A stretch of DNA of 64,000 nt, taken from the NCBI GenBank assembly GCA_964270895.1, contig OZ185440.1. One strand, given 5' to 3'. How positions within the stretch are numbered: position 1 is the first letter of the stretch; each line of letters opens with the position of its first letter. Both the position numbers and the translations under genes were made by a program. Positions 1 to 13,275 of the stretch are shown here, in pieces. The DNA is from Podarcis filfolensis (lineage: Eukaryota). The notes beneath the pieces were generated by a model that ran no database searches, was not told the DNA's origin, and was given only the letters and a program-made list of their open reading frames with translations.

Positions 1-62
1 TGTACGCCTCACAGAGAGGAAGAACACACACGTAAAACAGTTGCTTTATCAGTATTTACAAG

Positions 63-68
63 TTTAAT
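63..68 (-). terminator. SHISA4: Candidate SHISA4 polyadenylation signal (ATTAAA)
   Basis: ATTAAA on the minus strand, followed by a GT/T-rich tract near positions 20-40. An AATAAA at 432-437 is an alternative. Confidence 0.35.
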
Positions 69-185
69 CCACATTTTAGCCAACGTTTTGTGATGCCAAC
101 ACTTGTCATTCTGACTATAACATGAGCTCCCGGAAAATAGCAGGGCCATGCCCCCCACACAGTGGGAACAAGGCTTGACCTAGGG

Positions 186-430
186 TAGGGGTGGGGAACC
201 TGGGGTCCTCCAGATCATCCTTTCCCAACTTTGGATTCCCAGCTGGTTGGACTGCAATTCCCATCATCCCTGACCATTGGCTGATGGGAGTTGTAGTCCA
301 GCAACATTTGGGGACCCAAGGTGGGGGCAGTCTGTTCTAGATGTTGCTAGACTACTGCTTCCATCATCCCTGCCTATTAGCCATGTTAGCTGGTGTTGAT
401 GGGAGTCCAGCAGTGGGGGGAGCACAGGTT
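186..430. mobile_element. Two adjacent degraded fold-back hAT-type MITEs (gatgggagttgtagtcc family) in the SHISA4 3' UTR region
   Basis: Inverted cores ttcccatcatccct and gatgggagttgtagtcc, the same family as the intact copy at 23335-23470. Confidence 0.55.
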
Positions 431-1845
431 ATTTATTTAAGCTATTTCTATACTGCCCCATACTTCAAATAAATATTTGCGAGATTCTCCACCCTGGAGA
501 CAGAGATCTGAGCTCTCTCCTGAGATGTACTCCCAGGCAACGTTCTCAGCAGCCCAGCTCCATACGACAGCAACACACCATGTAAAGTTGTGCTCTGGTC
601 TTGCGATAAAGGTCACATGCATGGTGCATTTTCCCTCTTTACAATGGGCCCATTGGCCTCATCCGTTCCTAAGAGCCATGAGCTCAAGGGGAACTGCTTC
701 ACTGCTGTGACATCAACATTTTCCTTTTTGCACACAATGACTGCCTTTGTACCCTGACTGGTATATTGTGCCTTTGTTCCACACTCTTTCCTTGCTCCCT
801 GTGCCATGATTCTACTCCAGAGAATTAAACTGTAAGAGTCAGTTTCCAACACTATCCGCTCCAAAGGTTGGTGTCAATGAATCAGGAGAGAGACATCACC
901 CTGGACCTTGCATCCTCAACTCCACAGACTGAAGGTTGCTATCGTTTGAGAGGAAGGGCTGGTTTAAGCCTGCAGGAGCAAATTGGTGAGCTGCTCAGCC
1001 AAGACAAAGAACCATGCAGCCAGAATACGGGCAAAGCTGCAGGGAGCACCAATAACTTCTTGGGGAAAATGTGAAATAATGGCTACGCTGCAAAGAACCT
1101 CATTTAAAGTAGATCCTCTAAGCTCCACCCACCCCTCAAAGGCCACAGACAAAGCTGAAGTGGAAAGGGTTTGGGTAAGGGATGCTGGATAAGTACTCAG
1201 CTTAGCTGTTTTTGTAAAAAAAGAAGGGACACTGGGTGAGTAAGTTTAATGGCGTATAACAGCCACATGTGATATCAGGCTCCTGGGGTATTTGCGTACC
1301 CTCCCATCCCCTTTTTCCAAAGTTTCAGGACTTCCTTAAGAGGCAAAACTTCAACCTGGGGCCATGAACAGCAGACGTAATGGATCCTTGTGCTTTGTCA
1401 GGGAACAGGGTGGACCAAAGTCCTTCTGTGAGATACAGACCAATGCACTTTGCTCTTCGTTGCCACCTTGAGACACCTCTTCCTTTCCCATCGAAGAGGC
1501 TCAGCTGCACAGTCGATGGAACAGTCAAGTGACACATATGGCATTTGTGGCGGTCTTAACACATGCTCTTTCCTGAGCCCAGGTGGAAAGCAAGGGGGAC
1601 TATCAGCTTCCCCACAGTGACACAGGCAGGAATTGCAAGAATTGGGGGTGGCGGGTGCGCAGGCAAAGATGTAGAGAGTCATGATGCCTCCTACCATGCA
1701 GAGCAAAAGGTAACTAGTAGGGACATTGGCAATTGCTGAAGCTTGGGCTGGAGTTTCAGTGCAGCGGGAAACCCAATATAGGTTCTGTGGAAACGGCAGA
1801 CCCAGAGAGAAAGGGCTCCTTTGGATAGTCTCTGCAAGGTCCTCC

Positions 1846-1892
1846 TCAGGTGCTGGGCTGTGATGGCTGTGGTGGGATGTAGGGTGGGGGAG
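1846..1892 (-). CDS. SHISA4: SHISA4 coding exon 5 (APPPYIPPQPSQPST, stop; PPxY motif)
   Basis: Acceptor tctttctgctgcag, phase 1, TGA at 1848-1846. Matches the SHISA4 C-terminus. Confidence 0.95.
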
Positions 1893-3099
1893 CTGCAGCA
1901 GAAAGAGAGGGGCAATCAGGATGTGGCCAGAAGCACTGAAGGTTAAAGTGAGACTAGCCTCATAGGGAGGGGTGGATGTGAAAGTCATCCCTCAGCAGTT
2001 GCATACTGCACAGTGCACAAGGATAAGGGAGGTGTTGTCCCCCACATCTCAGGAATAACCAGAAGAAGCTCTCGGGCCACATTCACACCACAGATTTAAA
2101 GCACTATGATACCATTTTTAAAAGTCATGGCTTCTCCTAAAGAATACTGGGAGCTGAAGTGTGCTGAGTTATGAGAAGACCCAGATTCTGCCTCCAGAGC
2201 TACAATTCCCAGAGCTCTCTGTGAAGAGGAATTTATCGTTAAACCACCCTGGTAGCAGTGATGGCTAGTGCACCCATTGGGACTGGTAAGACAGAAGGCA
2301 GGGAGGCCAACAACACATGGAGCCAGAGCCAAGTACAGTCGTACCTTGGAAGTTGAATGGAATCCGTTTCAGAAGTCCGTTTGACTTCCAAAATGTTCGG
2401 AAACCAAAGCGTGGCCTCTGATTGGCCGCAGAAAGCTCCTGCAGCCAATCAGAAGCTGCGGAAGCCCCATCGGACATTTGGATTCACTTGCGGGTTTACG
2501 GCGTTTGGGAGCCAAAACTTTCGAGAACTAAGCTGTTTGAAAACCAAGGTATGACTGCAGAGCCAACTAATTTGAGTTTCCCACCTCCCCATCCTCCTCC
2601 CTGCTGAGTTAGCAATGGCTGAAATGCAGCCTACCCTACAGATGTAGGAGTCAATAGCAACCCTGATACCTGGGAGGAGACAGTGCCACCCCCTGGAATG
2701 AATGTAAGTTAAGAAGGCAGGCAGAGGCTGGCCAATGTTGGTAGAAGAGTTCACCATTCGCCCTGTTGGACCATCTTCCACTTCCCGGTAGTAACCTCTG
2801 TTCTGGAGATGTTGGTCTAGAACAGGGCGGCTAATCTCAGAAACCTGCAGATGTTTCTGCATCACAATTCCCATGATCCCTAAGTATTGTCCATGGTAGC
2901 TGGGGGAGATGGGAGTTTATGTCTAACAAAACCTGAAGGTTCCCAACACCAGCCCCCTCTTTCCCCATTTGGTGGCTGAATGAAATGCAACACTTCAATT
3001 CCTAAGGAAGGTTCTCTATACAGAAGGAGAGGATAAGACAAAGCTTTAACTAAGGCTCACTTGTCTTCAAGTCTAATTCCACCCCCCCTACTTTCTTAC

Positions 3100-3279
3100 C
3101 TGCAGGGTTGTAGTATGGTGGCCCAGGTGGGTAAAGAGGATACTGTGCAGCTGGTGCTGTGGGAGGATAGGAAACAACTGGTGTATAGCCAGGATGATAT
3201 GGTGCTGGCCCAGCTTTGGGATCCATAGGGTAAGGCCCTGGAGGCTGGGCAGGGTAGCCAGAAAGTGGGATCTCTTGAC
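3100..3279 (-). CDS. SHISA4: SHISA4 coding exon 4 (GQEIPLSGYPAQPPGPYPMDPKAGPAP...YNPA)
   Basis: 180 nt, AG/GT boundaries, phase 1-1. Pro/Tyr-rich cytoplasmic tail containing DPKAGPAP. Confidence 0.96.
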
Positions 3280-3554
3280 CTGGGACAAAGGAAACAGATT
3301 CTGTGAGCATATGCTGGGCTGATGAGCCTACAAGTCAGGCAAGGAAAACCTGTGATGCTCTAGATGTGGCTGGACTGCAGCTCCCTTCAACCCTTCACAT
3401 TTGGCATGCTGATTAGTGTCAATAGGACTTTGGAATCCAACATGTGAAGAGCCACAGATTCACCTCCATGCCTCCCCTAACTTGCTTTCCGCCCCCCTAA
3501 ACTAAACAGCCCCAGACATTGTACCTCTTAGGGGAGGTGTTCTAGCCTCTGGTC

Positions 3555-3729
3555 TTTTGGGAGTCTGGTTCTGCAACTTTTTGAGCTGTACTGTATTGTT
3601 TCTTAAGTGCACAGATCAGAACTGTGCACAGTATTCTTAGTGTGGTCTCACCATGGATTTGTATTAAGGCATTACAATATCAGCAGGCTTGTTTTCAAAC
3701 CCTTTCCTAAGCCTTCCTAACATGAAATT

Positions 3730-3730
<1 letters not shown>
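3555..3730 (-). mobile_element. CR1 LINE fragment
   Basis: Recognisable antisense CR1 reverse-transcriptase region (cagaactgtgcacagtattc...gtggtctcacc). Confidence 0.55.

Positions 3731-3734
<4 letters not shown>

Positions 3735-3776
<42 letters not shown>
3735..3776. repeat. (CTA)14 microsatellite
   Basis: Read directly from the sequence. Confidence 0.95.
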
Positions 3777-3981
3777 TTAAAGTGGTATACTGAGCCAATG
3801 TTTTCATTGAGCTTTCCTGGTCAGTCACTTGCTGGCTCAGACCATATCGGTGTAAACATGAATGTAGGATGCTCATCATTTTACACACATTTTGGAATTA
3901 TTTATTTTGGGGGACCAAAGCTTTCCATTTAATCCCCATAGCTTCATTTGCTGTTGTTTATGCTTTCACATAAGCTTTTCA

Positions 3982-4180
3982 GGGAAAGACCCTGATGTTG
4001 GGAAAGATTGAGGGCACAAGGAGAAGGGGACGACAGAGGACAAGATGGTTGGACAGTGTTCTCGAAGCTACCAACATGAGTTTGACCAAACTGCGGGAGG
4101 CAGTGGAAGACAGGAGTGCCTGGCGTGCTCTGGTCCATGGGGCATGAAGAGTCAGACACAACTAAATGACTAAACAACAA
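3982..4180 (+). mobile_element. BovB (RTE) LINE 3' fragment
   Basis: Near-identical to the 3' end of 62883-63337, with a caa tail. atgctttcaca occurs at 3960-3970 and 4183-4193 as a possible target-site duplication. Confidence 0.9.
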
Positions 4181-4876
4181 ACATGCTTTCACAGTCCACA
4201 CATGCAAAGAAAAGCACAGCTAAGTGCCCCAATCTACTAATGCGTAGGTCTACTCTTGCAGGTCAGTTGTCTTGATGAATATCCTTGCAGAAGAGGCTAC
4301 ATAGAATATTTAACTGGACAACAAACACAGTATGCTATAGATAGATTATAACATCTCCAAGACAGAGAACATGAAGGCCTAAGCCAAATGTTCTGTAAGG
4401 CCTGCCTTGCTGGATCTGACCAAAGTTCCATTTACTCTAACACTCTCTGTCTTCCACAGTAGCTAGTCAAATGCCACAGGAAAAATTCCCAATTGGAAAG
4501 CACATCTGAACTGTAGAAGTCCCATTGAAAATATGAATGCATTTTATAGAAAATGGGCTGATCCCCAGCTGAAGCCCTCTCTGCGTGTTATATGCTCCAT
4601 TATGAGACATGAATATATCTTGTTATCCAGAACAGGTTTAAAACCAAAGAAAATTTGATTTGTTTTTGCTTTGCATGACCTTGAACATCCTTAAGAAAAA
4701 TAAAAATCATAAAACATTGATATTATCAGACCTGCAGCTTACCAGAACACTTCCACAAAAGCATATAAACAGTATCTGCATAAGAATTTGCAGATTGTGG
4801 AGATTCATTTCATCTCTAATCCTGAGCTACTTGTGAGAAAGAAGGTCATGGCCCACATCACCAGGACTTCTCCTAC

Positions 4877-5010
4877 CTTGATAGGGTGTCTGTAGGTGAT
4901 GCCGTCGCTGGTACAAGTAGCAGCAGGAGCACAGGAAGCAGCAGACAATTGTGGCAACAATAGCCACAAAGAGAATCACAGCTGAAGCGATGCCAGCAAT
5001 GGTTTTGGGG
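4877..5010 (-). CDS. SHISA4: SHISA4 coding exon 3 (transmembrane helix and Cys-rich CCFLCSCCYLY)
   Basis: 134 nt, phase 2-1, encodes PKTIAGIASAVILFVAIVATIVCCFLCSCCYLYQRR. Confidence 0.97.
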
Positions 5011-6717
5011 CTATAGGATACAGACAGAGGTGATAAATGAGCTGTGCATACAATAGCATCTGATACCAAACCAGACACCGGAGATTCCAGAAGTAGACTT
5101 GATTGAGATAGAAATAAATGGAGTTTTTCTTAATAATAACAGGAGGAAATTGTGTTGTCAATATAGATGAGCTAGGTGACAAATTACTTTTAGCTGTATG
5201 TAAAAAACACACCCTCCCTCTACCCCATACCTATAATTACATGATTAAGAATAACAGTTTCATGCATTAGCCTGCATTGAATGTATAGTCAAATGCTTCC
5301 TCTTCTAGTTTTTAGCTACCCTGATTGTGGGTTAAATGGAATAAATAGTTAACTCACCAGGACATCAACAGGAAGCCTTGATAAGCTAACTGGAAGCTGA
5401 TGAGGGCAGAGTGGAAACCTACTGGTTCCAACAACCTTTGGGGCAGACAGTTTTAATATATGTGTGTAGAGAGACTATAGAAACTATGCCAGGAGTGGAG
5501 AACATTTTATAGTCAAAAGGTTGCAATCCTTCCTGGGCACCCTTTGGAGGGAGCAGGGCACGTGCCATTGATGGACAGGGGCAGAGGCAAAAGTGGGTGG
5601 AGTCAGAGGCTAAAAATGGGTGGAGCAACCTTTGTATAGTAGGCTGCACTCCAGCCGCACAAATGTCAGAAGTTGCTCACACAGCTCATCTTCTAGTCAG
5701 GCAATCCAGGGGTAATATCAGAATTCAAGGATATGTTCCAGCTAGGCAGAAGTACTTAAGGAGGACATGGAGCAGACCTGAGGGACAGACAGAGAGGCCT
5801 GGCGGGCCACATTCAGCCCTTGGGCTTGTGGTTTTCCAACTCTGGAGTAGGAGATCCCATGAGGTTCACCTCCACTAGGGATTGATCTTACCTATATCCA
5901 TGATTTCTAACTGAGGTATGAGCTCTGTACTTTATGCTCAAATCAGTGAGGTGTGTGGATCACAGTGTGTGTATACATACACGTGTCTGCAGTAGGGATG
6001 TGAAAAGGCAGTGTTTTTCGTTCTGCCCTGTATTCCCAGTATGCAGAACTGTTTCCATTCTGCTGCATCTCACCTTCTGCCAAAAACAACGTTATTCATC
6101 TCGCTGTCCATTGTAGCGAATTTATGTAACTTACATCATTCATGTAATTAATTAAGTAAATTATGCCATTACCTTGTCAATGCATTACTCCACCCCGATC
6201 ATTTCAATGCAAAGAGATGCAATGCAAATAGGGGGAGGAATGTAATTAACTATGTATCGTTTGAGGATGGAACAGCAGCAGCAGCAGTAAATAACAATCA
6301 TGTTCACTGGATGGATGTCTATTTTGGACATGGGGCAAATAAATGAACATTGGCAAATCCCACTCCCATTTCTGTTTCGTCAAAATTTTCCAACATCCCT
6401 TAGGGTCTATCTCCATGGTGAAAGCCGTTCCCAGCTGCACAGCAGGAATTTTGAGTATAAAAACCACTCAGAGGAAATTATTCCCCTGCCCCCACACAGC
6501 CACTATTATGATCTGATCAAATTTGCAACCCCTCCATGGCTGCATATCAGGAACAAAAAGGAGTGGGGGATAATAAGAAGTCTGCTCACTTCTTTCCTCC
6601 TCCGCTCCATCTGGTCTAGCCTTTTCAAGTATTGAAGCACAACCTTGACCCTTTCTTCTTCTCTCCCTTTTTCTCCCAGCCCCTCCCTTTCTTGGCACAC
6701 ATATTGCCTGTTCTTAC

Positions 6718-6889
6718 CCAAATGCTATGCAGTGCTTTTGTTGCCGTTCAGTGAGGAGTTTCCTGAGGTCAATGCAGCAGTAACGCTGATAGCAGTCACC
6801 ACAGCAGAAGGAGGGAAAGTGGCAGTCGAAGCCAGGATGCCATGAGCCATTTCGGTCCATGTACCACTTGCAGTCCTCATCGGCTGAGA
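6718..6889 (-). CDS. SHISA4: SHISA4 coding exon 2 (Cys-rich Shisa ectodomain)
   Basis: 172 nt, phase 1-2, encodes VSADEDCKWYMDRNGSWHPGFDCHFPSFCCGDCYQRYCC. A second AG 6 nt downstream would start the exon at 6883. Confidence 0.93.
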
Positions 6890-7351
6890 CTGTGGGGAGG
6901 TTGAATAAGTCATTCGTTAGTCTTTACCTGCCTCTGAGCATGTGCAGAGTACATTTCCCTCACCACTTGTCAACTGCAGCCTGTCTGCTTCCCTACCCAC
7001 ATGCTTAAAATAAATGGCAGTGATGCCATATAACAGCACAACTTTATCACTGATAGCATTCATACCAGAAAATAAAAAAAACATCTATTTTCTTTCACCA
7101 CTGGAATACAGTCCAAGGAGCGCACTAGAATGCAATCCAATAATACAAGATGCAGTCTTTGTCATCTAGCTATTACCTTCTCAAGATCCACTTTTACAAG
7201 GACCAGGATAGCAGGATATACTGCACATCTTCCTTTAAATGCAATTTAAATTTCCTGCATGAATGCATACAAATGGAAAAGTTGTATCACAATTCCATAT
7301 CACAATTCTCTGTTTTTTCTCTGTGATTGCTTCCAGAGGTGGATAATTTAG

Positions 7352-7679
7352 GTAAAGGTAAAGGAACCCCTGACCATTAGGTCCAGTCGTGACCGACTCT
7401 GGGCTTGCAGTGCTCATCTCGCTTTATTGGCTGAGGGAGCCGGCGTACAGCTTCCGGGTCTCTGGCGAACCAGAGCAGCACACAGAAACACTGTTTACCT
7501 TCCCATCGGAGCGGTACCTATTTATCTACTTGCACTTTGACATGCTTTCGAACTGCTAGGTTGGCAGTAGCAGGGACTGAGCAACAGGAGCTCACCCCAT
7601 CACGGGGATTTGAACCACCAATCTTCTGATTGGCAAGTCCTAGGCTCTGTGGTTTAACCCACAGCGCCATCCGCATCCC
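7352..7679 (-). mobile_element. Sauria SINE, full length
   Basis: Typical body and (ACCTTT)n tail. Flanking duplication gtgga(t/c)aatttag at 7339-7351 and 7680-7692. Confidence 0.92.
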
Positions 7680-8972
7680 GTGGACAATTTAGCAGCACCC
7701 AAAACACTGCTGCTCGAAGCAGAACAGCAAATCTGTTTCCAAACTTCTAACACTCTTCAGCCAAGGGGACACTCCGCTTTTCCACAGCCCAAATGTTGGA
7801 GTGGAGCCATTTTCATTGGGGCCATTATGTGTGAGGAAAGGGTTAAATACTCCCCATTCACTGCACTGCCAATCATGATTGCCTCTCCAGCATAGAAATG
7901 GAGGGGTTAATGTGATAGTGTTTATTCCTAGAGAGATGGAACAGCTGACAGAGAAGAAAATGACTAGGGCAATCTATGCAGGCCATAACTGGCCAAAATA
8001 ACCACCCAGCAGGTCATCTACACATGGGGAAATTATGCAACTATTATATAGAGCTTTTAAAAGTTGGATTTTAGGACAGCTGGGAGGGAAACAAACCAGA
8101 AGCTGAACAGACAGAACATGAGATAGGGCTGTTTTGTTCCCTGTGCAGATGCCTTCATTAAAATAAAATAAAAAAGTGACTAAAGCAGGCTATTTCACAG
8201 TAAATTCTCTACCAAAGTAAGAACAGCTGGGTCACACTAAGTGAGACAGCAACACTTTCGAATTCTCTCTGGCTAAAGAATTCCCATAAATAGAAGTGAT
8301 GTGCAACATAATAGCTACCATCAAGGGGACTTTAACCAAAAACTTCCATTTCCACTGAAGGGAGCTAGTAAAGATATAGCAGGCCAAGATAAAATGCACT
8401 TGAAAGTTTCCACTGAAGCCCTCTATTTAAATGGACAAGGGAGTATAGACACCCTCTGTACATCGGCTGGGACTCCTAAAATAGCTAATGCTTAATCTTC
8501 ATCCAGTTTCTAATCCAATCAAAGCAACACTGTATCACCTATCAAGTGATCAAGAGTCCTAATGCCAGTAGTGTCCTTTGCAATAAATGTGCTAAACCTC
8601 ACATGAACTCCTCTCCTTTGTAAACCAGGTAAAGGTAATAGTCTTTATTTCACACTGGAGAGGAGCCCCATCTGATGAAGGATCTTGGGCCCAGTGGTAA
8701 AGCTTCAAAGGGACAAGTGATGTAGGAAGCTGGGCAAGGAGACCAGGGCAGGCTATTCTCTCCAGTCTGCTATTCTCTCTGTATCAAATCCCAAACTCCA
8801 AAACAAATTAGCATAACAAACCATAATATCAGAGATGAAGCAAGGATGTCAGGCCTATTCAGTGTATTGTACAGAATGTCAGAAGTATGACTGTCTGCCT
8901 GCTGGACAGACATTGTGGGTGCTCAATACAATGAGCTCCTGGCCTCCAGGTAACACGTTTGTTGTTCTAGAG

Positions 8973-9209
8973 CAGGGATGTCCAACCTGTAGATCGTGAT
9001 CTACCGGTAGACCACCGGGGTGCTCCAGGTAGATCGTGAGACGATAGGAAGTGATCACTGAGAAACAGCTTTGGCCTCTCCCCCCCCCAAAAAAGCTGAA
9101 CAACCCTTGGCAAATCTCCCTCCATTTAGTTGCCACCTTTGGTAGATCACTGCCAGTTTTTTTTATACTGGGAGTAGGATCACAGTCTCTTGGGAGTTGG
9201 ACATGCCTG
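8973..9209. mobile_element. hAT non-autonomous element
   Basis: TIR CAGG(G/C)ATGTCCAAC and a perfect 8-bp TSD ttctagag at 8965-8972 and 9210-9217. Confidence 0.92.
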
Positions 9210-9431
9210 TTCTAGAGTAAACATCTCCCAATGGGGATATGTAAGAAGCTTTTGGCACACTTTCGCCCTCTTCACTTTTTCAAGTCCTACTTCAATTCCC
9301 TTCTCCTTTTCCCTCGGAAGCAGAAACAATTAACCAGACAGCCTCCAATTCCCTATGTCCTGAGCAAGAGAAGTAACAGATCACTGGGACTATCCAATAA
9401 AGCCAAATGTTGGAAGGACAGACACAGCACA

Positions 9432-9660
9432 TAGTTAAATGGCACACTGTTGAAAGGTGTTGTGATGGCCACCAGTTTGTATGGTTTTAAAAGGAGATAA
9501 GACAAATTCATGCAGACAACTCTATGGCAATGCTCGCTAGCCATTATGGATATCAGAAGGAGTGTGCTTTGGCATACCAGTTGCTGAGCATTGCAAGTGT
9601 GGGGAAAGAGTGCTGTAGACTAGATGGGGCCTTGGCCTGATCCAGCAGGCTCTTCTTTTA
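9432..9660 (+). mobile_element. CR1 LINE 3' end, degraded
   Basis: gtgatggccaccagtttg...gacaaattcatg...ggcctgatccagcaggctcttct. Confidence 0.65.
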
Positions 9661-10524
9661 TTTTTTTCATGGGCTCTGTTAACTCATTGTCACCCCTTAT
9701 CTGCAGTTGAACAAAATGTAGGACAAAACTACTTTTCCTGTTGTCCAGACAACATGGTGCACATGTAGCCATTCTGCTTTTAAAATAAATAGACGAGGGG
9801 GCAGGTGCTGAAGTCACATGCATGTCCCTCCTTCTTGGAAATGTAGATGAGCATGCATATATAAAGCCTGTCGCAGGCGAGAAAAATCAGGCACACATAG
9901 ATCATATTACATCAGACCTGGCCGTGAGTCAGGGCAGCAGGGGGACAGGAAACTGAAACTCCTCCGCTCTTTGAGACATGTAGACTGGGCAGCTGCCGTG
10001 GTTTTATATTGCCACCTAGAGTATCATGTTTTGGAAGTTCATACTCACGCTCCAAGTCCCCTTCTCTTCCAAATGTAATCTCCACATATGGAACATGATC
10101 AGCTGCCTTGGAATGGATGGAAATGATGCATGCCCTGCTCTATACACACAGCAAGGCTTTGATTCATGAAACCTGCCTTATCCAGCCAGGTCCAGCTCCT
10201 TACTCAGGAATCCCACCCTCCTGTCATTCTGCCTGTGACCTTTGGGCCATAGCAACTGCCATAAGCTCTCAAATCTTTTAGGAAGCTGTATCGATGCACT
10301 AGGTGCATAGAGCATGCAGGGTCTGCTTGTATTTCAGCAGTGAGGAAACTATCTAGTACTTTGGGGCAATGATGGGGCAAATTGGCAAATCCATCCAGTT
10401 CAAGCTTATTTCAATGCCATCATAATGACCTGCACTTAAACCATAAGTTATTTTAATACATTTTGTTTTCTAACTATGCTGAACTTCTGAAGGAACTGTC
10501 ATAACCATCTGTCGTACACAAGCT

Positions 10525-10710
10525 ATTTTATTTACTTATATTTTGTCCTTTCGCCAAGTAGCTCCAAATGATGGGCATGATTCTTACCACCACCACTATA
10601 TTCTCACAACAATCCTGTGAGACAGGTTAAGTTACAACATCACACATTGATGTGGAGATCTGAACCAGCCCTAGTCCAAAACACCAACTACTAACACAGC
10701 ACTCTATTTT
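10525..10710 (-). mobile_element. tRNA-derived squamate SINE (Squam2-like), degraded
   Basis: tctcacaacaatcctgtgag core, the reverse complement of the core in the copy at 50380-50590. Confidence 0.5.
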
Positions 10711-12739
10711 TTGACAAATGTTAGTCCCTTCAACATCTGCAATTCTAAAAGCAGCCCCTCCCCACCGTGCAAGCAATTCCCTTGCAGAGAAGGTGTATTC
10801 TCACCATGCCACAGAATCTAGAAATGTGTTTGTAATCTCTGGCAGTAAATACAAGATTAAGGCAAATCTCAAAAGTAATGATCTGATGATTACTCAATAA
10901 ATACAATTTCCATACAGTGACTTCTGTCTTTGTACTTTTGTATTTCCAGGCTGTGATGCTTTATGGTTTGCATTTTTTATTCTTTGTTTTCTTCCTTTTT
11001 GTTATGTTTGCACTTTTCTCTTTGTAATGAATCAATAAAATATATATACATTTTAATAAATACAGTGACTTCCCTTTATCTTGGGTGTGCTCAGTGTCCC
11101 CCAGTCCATGGAAACTACGTTTATTATTTACGAACATATTTTGCATTTCTATTATTACTGTTGTTGTTGTTGTCATTGTTGTTATTTTATTACCCGCCCT
11201 TCACCCTAAGGCACCCAAAGAGCACTACCCTCTCAGTCAACAATAAATGTTAAAAACATTTAAAAAAACCAGAACCCTAAATATTAAACAGAAATAAACC
11301 TGCACTACAAAATTAAACAATTACATAAAACCAGGTGCAGCAAAACATATATGAAAACAACAGAATTAAAAATACCAAAAATCTTTAAATAATCTCAAAA
11401 TGTCTGGGGGGAAATAAAACAAAATAGACAATCATGATCTAGATGCCAAACGAGATTCGAGGGTGTTTCACAATTGGGATGCCATTGCTGAAAAGGCCCT
11501 TTCTCTGACAGTCCCCACAGTCCCACCCACAATACAGACTGACTGAGAAACATTAGCTAGAAGTTGCATGGCTTTGTGGGTTAAGAAAGTTGAAAAACAG
11601 CCATGAGACCACAGAACTACAGGGCTGACAGACACCTAAAGGTCATAGCCACCTGGTTCAAAAAACAGAAATGGAAATATACTGGGTCTCAGGAAAGAAA
11701 ATCTCATCAAGGGTCCATATTTGCTGTGCTCACTTACTGAGCCAGGACTAGCAGCCAGGAAAGGCAATATATAAGTTTATTTTTTATTTTTATTTTTTTG
11801 TAGGAGGAACAGCTGCACCTCCCTTTCTCTCTCTCTGCAGACCACAGCATCACTCTTTCCCCTGGCACTGGAAGCCCAGAAAAGAGAAAAGGGTGTGCAT
11901 AGCCACCATTAACACTCTCATATTACTTCTTCTATAGGGTTTGAGGCATGCAGTAGGAATAGCTCTGCAGTGACAGGATGGAAAGGTAGAAAAGCAAGCT
12001 AATACAAGCGTAGCCTTCTAACATGTAAGCTATCCATCTGTAGGAAGATTTGGACATTGGAAAGGAATTTCTTCAGTGTCTTCCAACCAGAAATCTGAAT
12101 CATATACCTCCCTGTCTATTTCAATATGATCTTAGAGACGCTCGTACAACAGACTTGTTTTTGGCTAGATAGTCGATTTACTGAGTTTAATCACTCTTTA
12201 GTATTTTGTGCAGAGATATTGCCAAGCATGGAAAAAGCACTCCTGCAACAGAGCTTGAATAATTAACGTTTCTGGCATCAACTCCTTTAGTGCAGTAAAA
12301 ACATCTCTTCCTTATACAAAACTGGAAAAAAGGAAAAACCACCCTCCTAGTATTATTGGGGTCATAAGCAACACAGATCCAAGACAGAAACAAATGTCTA
12401 TAGAAAGATAAGTGTAGGCATGGACATATTTAACCGAAGCATCTAGCCAGATCCACTCAGAAGTTTTTCAGAATAAAAAGGTCTTCACCAACCACCCAAA
12501 GACTAAGACAGATCCAATCAACTTGATAAATAAATTCTACTTCTACAGCTTGCAGATCACAAGTGCACAGAATGTGGGGGTGGGAGTAGGAATCTCAGTA
12601 TGGAAGTTGCCCCATGTTGGCTCTGAAGCAATACCTCACAGTACTGTACCTGGTCATTAAAATGGTACCACAGATGGTACCATGGACAGCACCACCAAGA
12701 TGCACAATTGGATGCAAGAAACTCACATTAAACCTAATA

Positions 12740-12956
12740 CAGTGGTACCTCGGGTTACGAACTTCATTCATTCCAGAGGTCCATTCTTAACCTGAAACCA
12801 TTCTTAACCTGAGGTGCGCTCTTGCTAATGGGGACTCCAGTTGCCGCTGCACCGCGATTTCTGTTCTCATCCTGGGGCAAAGTTTGCAACCCAAGGTACT
12901 ACTTCCGGGTTAGTGGAGTTTGTAACCCCAAGTGTTTGTAACCCGAGGTACCACTG
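12740..12956. mobile_element. Tc1/mariner MITE
   Basis: TIR CAGTGGTACCTCGGGTTAC with TA on both flanks. Confidence 0.93.
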
Positions 12957-13145
12957 TACTGAGGTAATGAGCAAGGGACCCTGGCAATCATTATTTGATT
13001 GGCAGATGAATGGATAAATAAATTCAACCAAACTCATGACAGTGGCAACCTTCTTAAGGCAATTCAGCGCTTGACCTCTTACAAGGCTTCTGTCATGAGC
13101 CATGATCTCAAATGTCATATTTCTGCTCAGTCTCCCCCTTAGAAG

Positions 13146-13275
13146 CATAGACTGGTAGAGTTGGGAGGAATCACAAGGGTCATCTAGTCCAACTCCCTGC
13201 AATGCAGCAATCTCTTGCCCGATGTGGGACTTGAACCACAACACTGAGATTAAATTTTCGTGCTCTACCAACAGA
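13146..13275 (-). mobile_element. SINE with a tRNA-like head and a CR1 3' tail
   Basis: Minus strand reads a tRNA-like head (ggtagagcac...ggttcaagtccc) joined to the CR1 tail gcagggagttggactagatgacc. Confidence 0.7.

Noticed and set aside
1398-1988. 196-aa minus-strand ORF overlapping SHISA4 exon 5, a possible long alternative C-terminus
   Set aside because: It needs phase-0 entry into exon 5. The one single-exon skip giving that phase (exon 2) hits a TGA in exon 3. The peptide is unrecognisable and lies in the 3' UTR.
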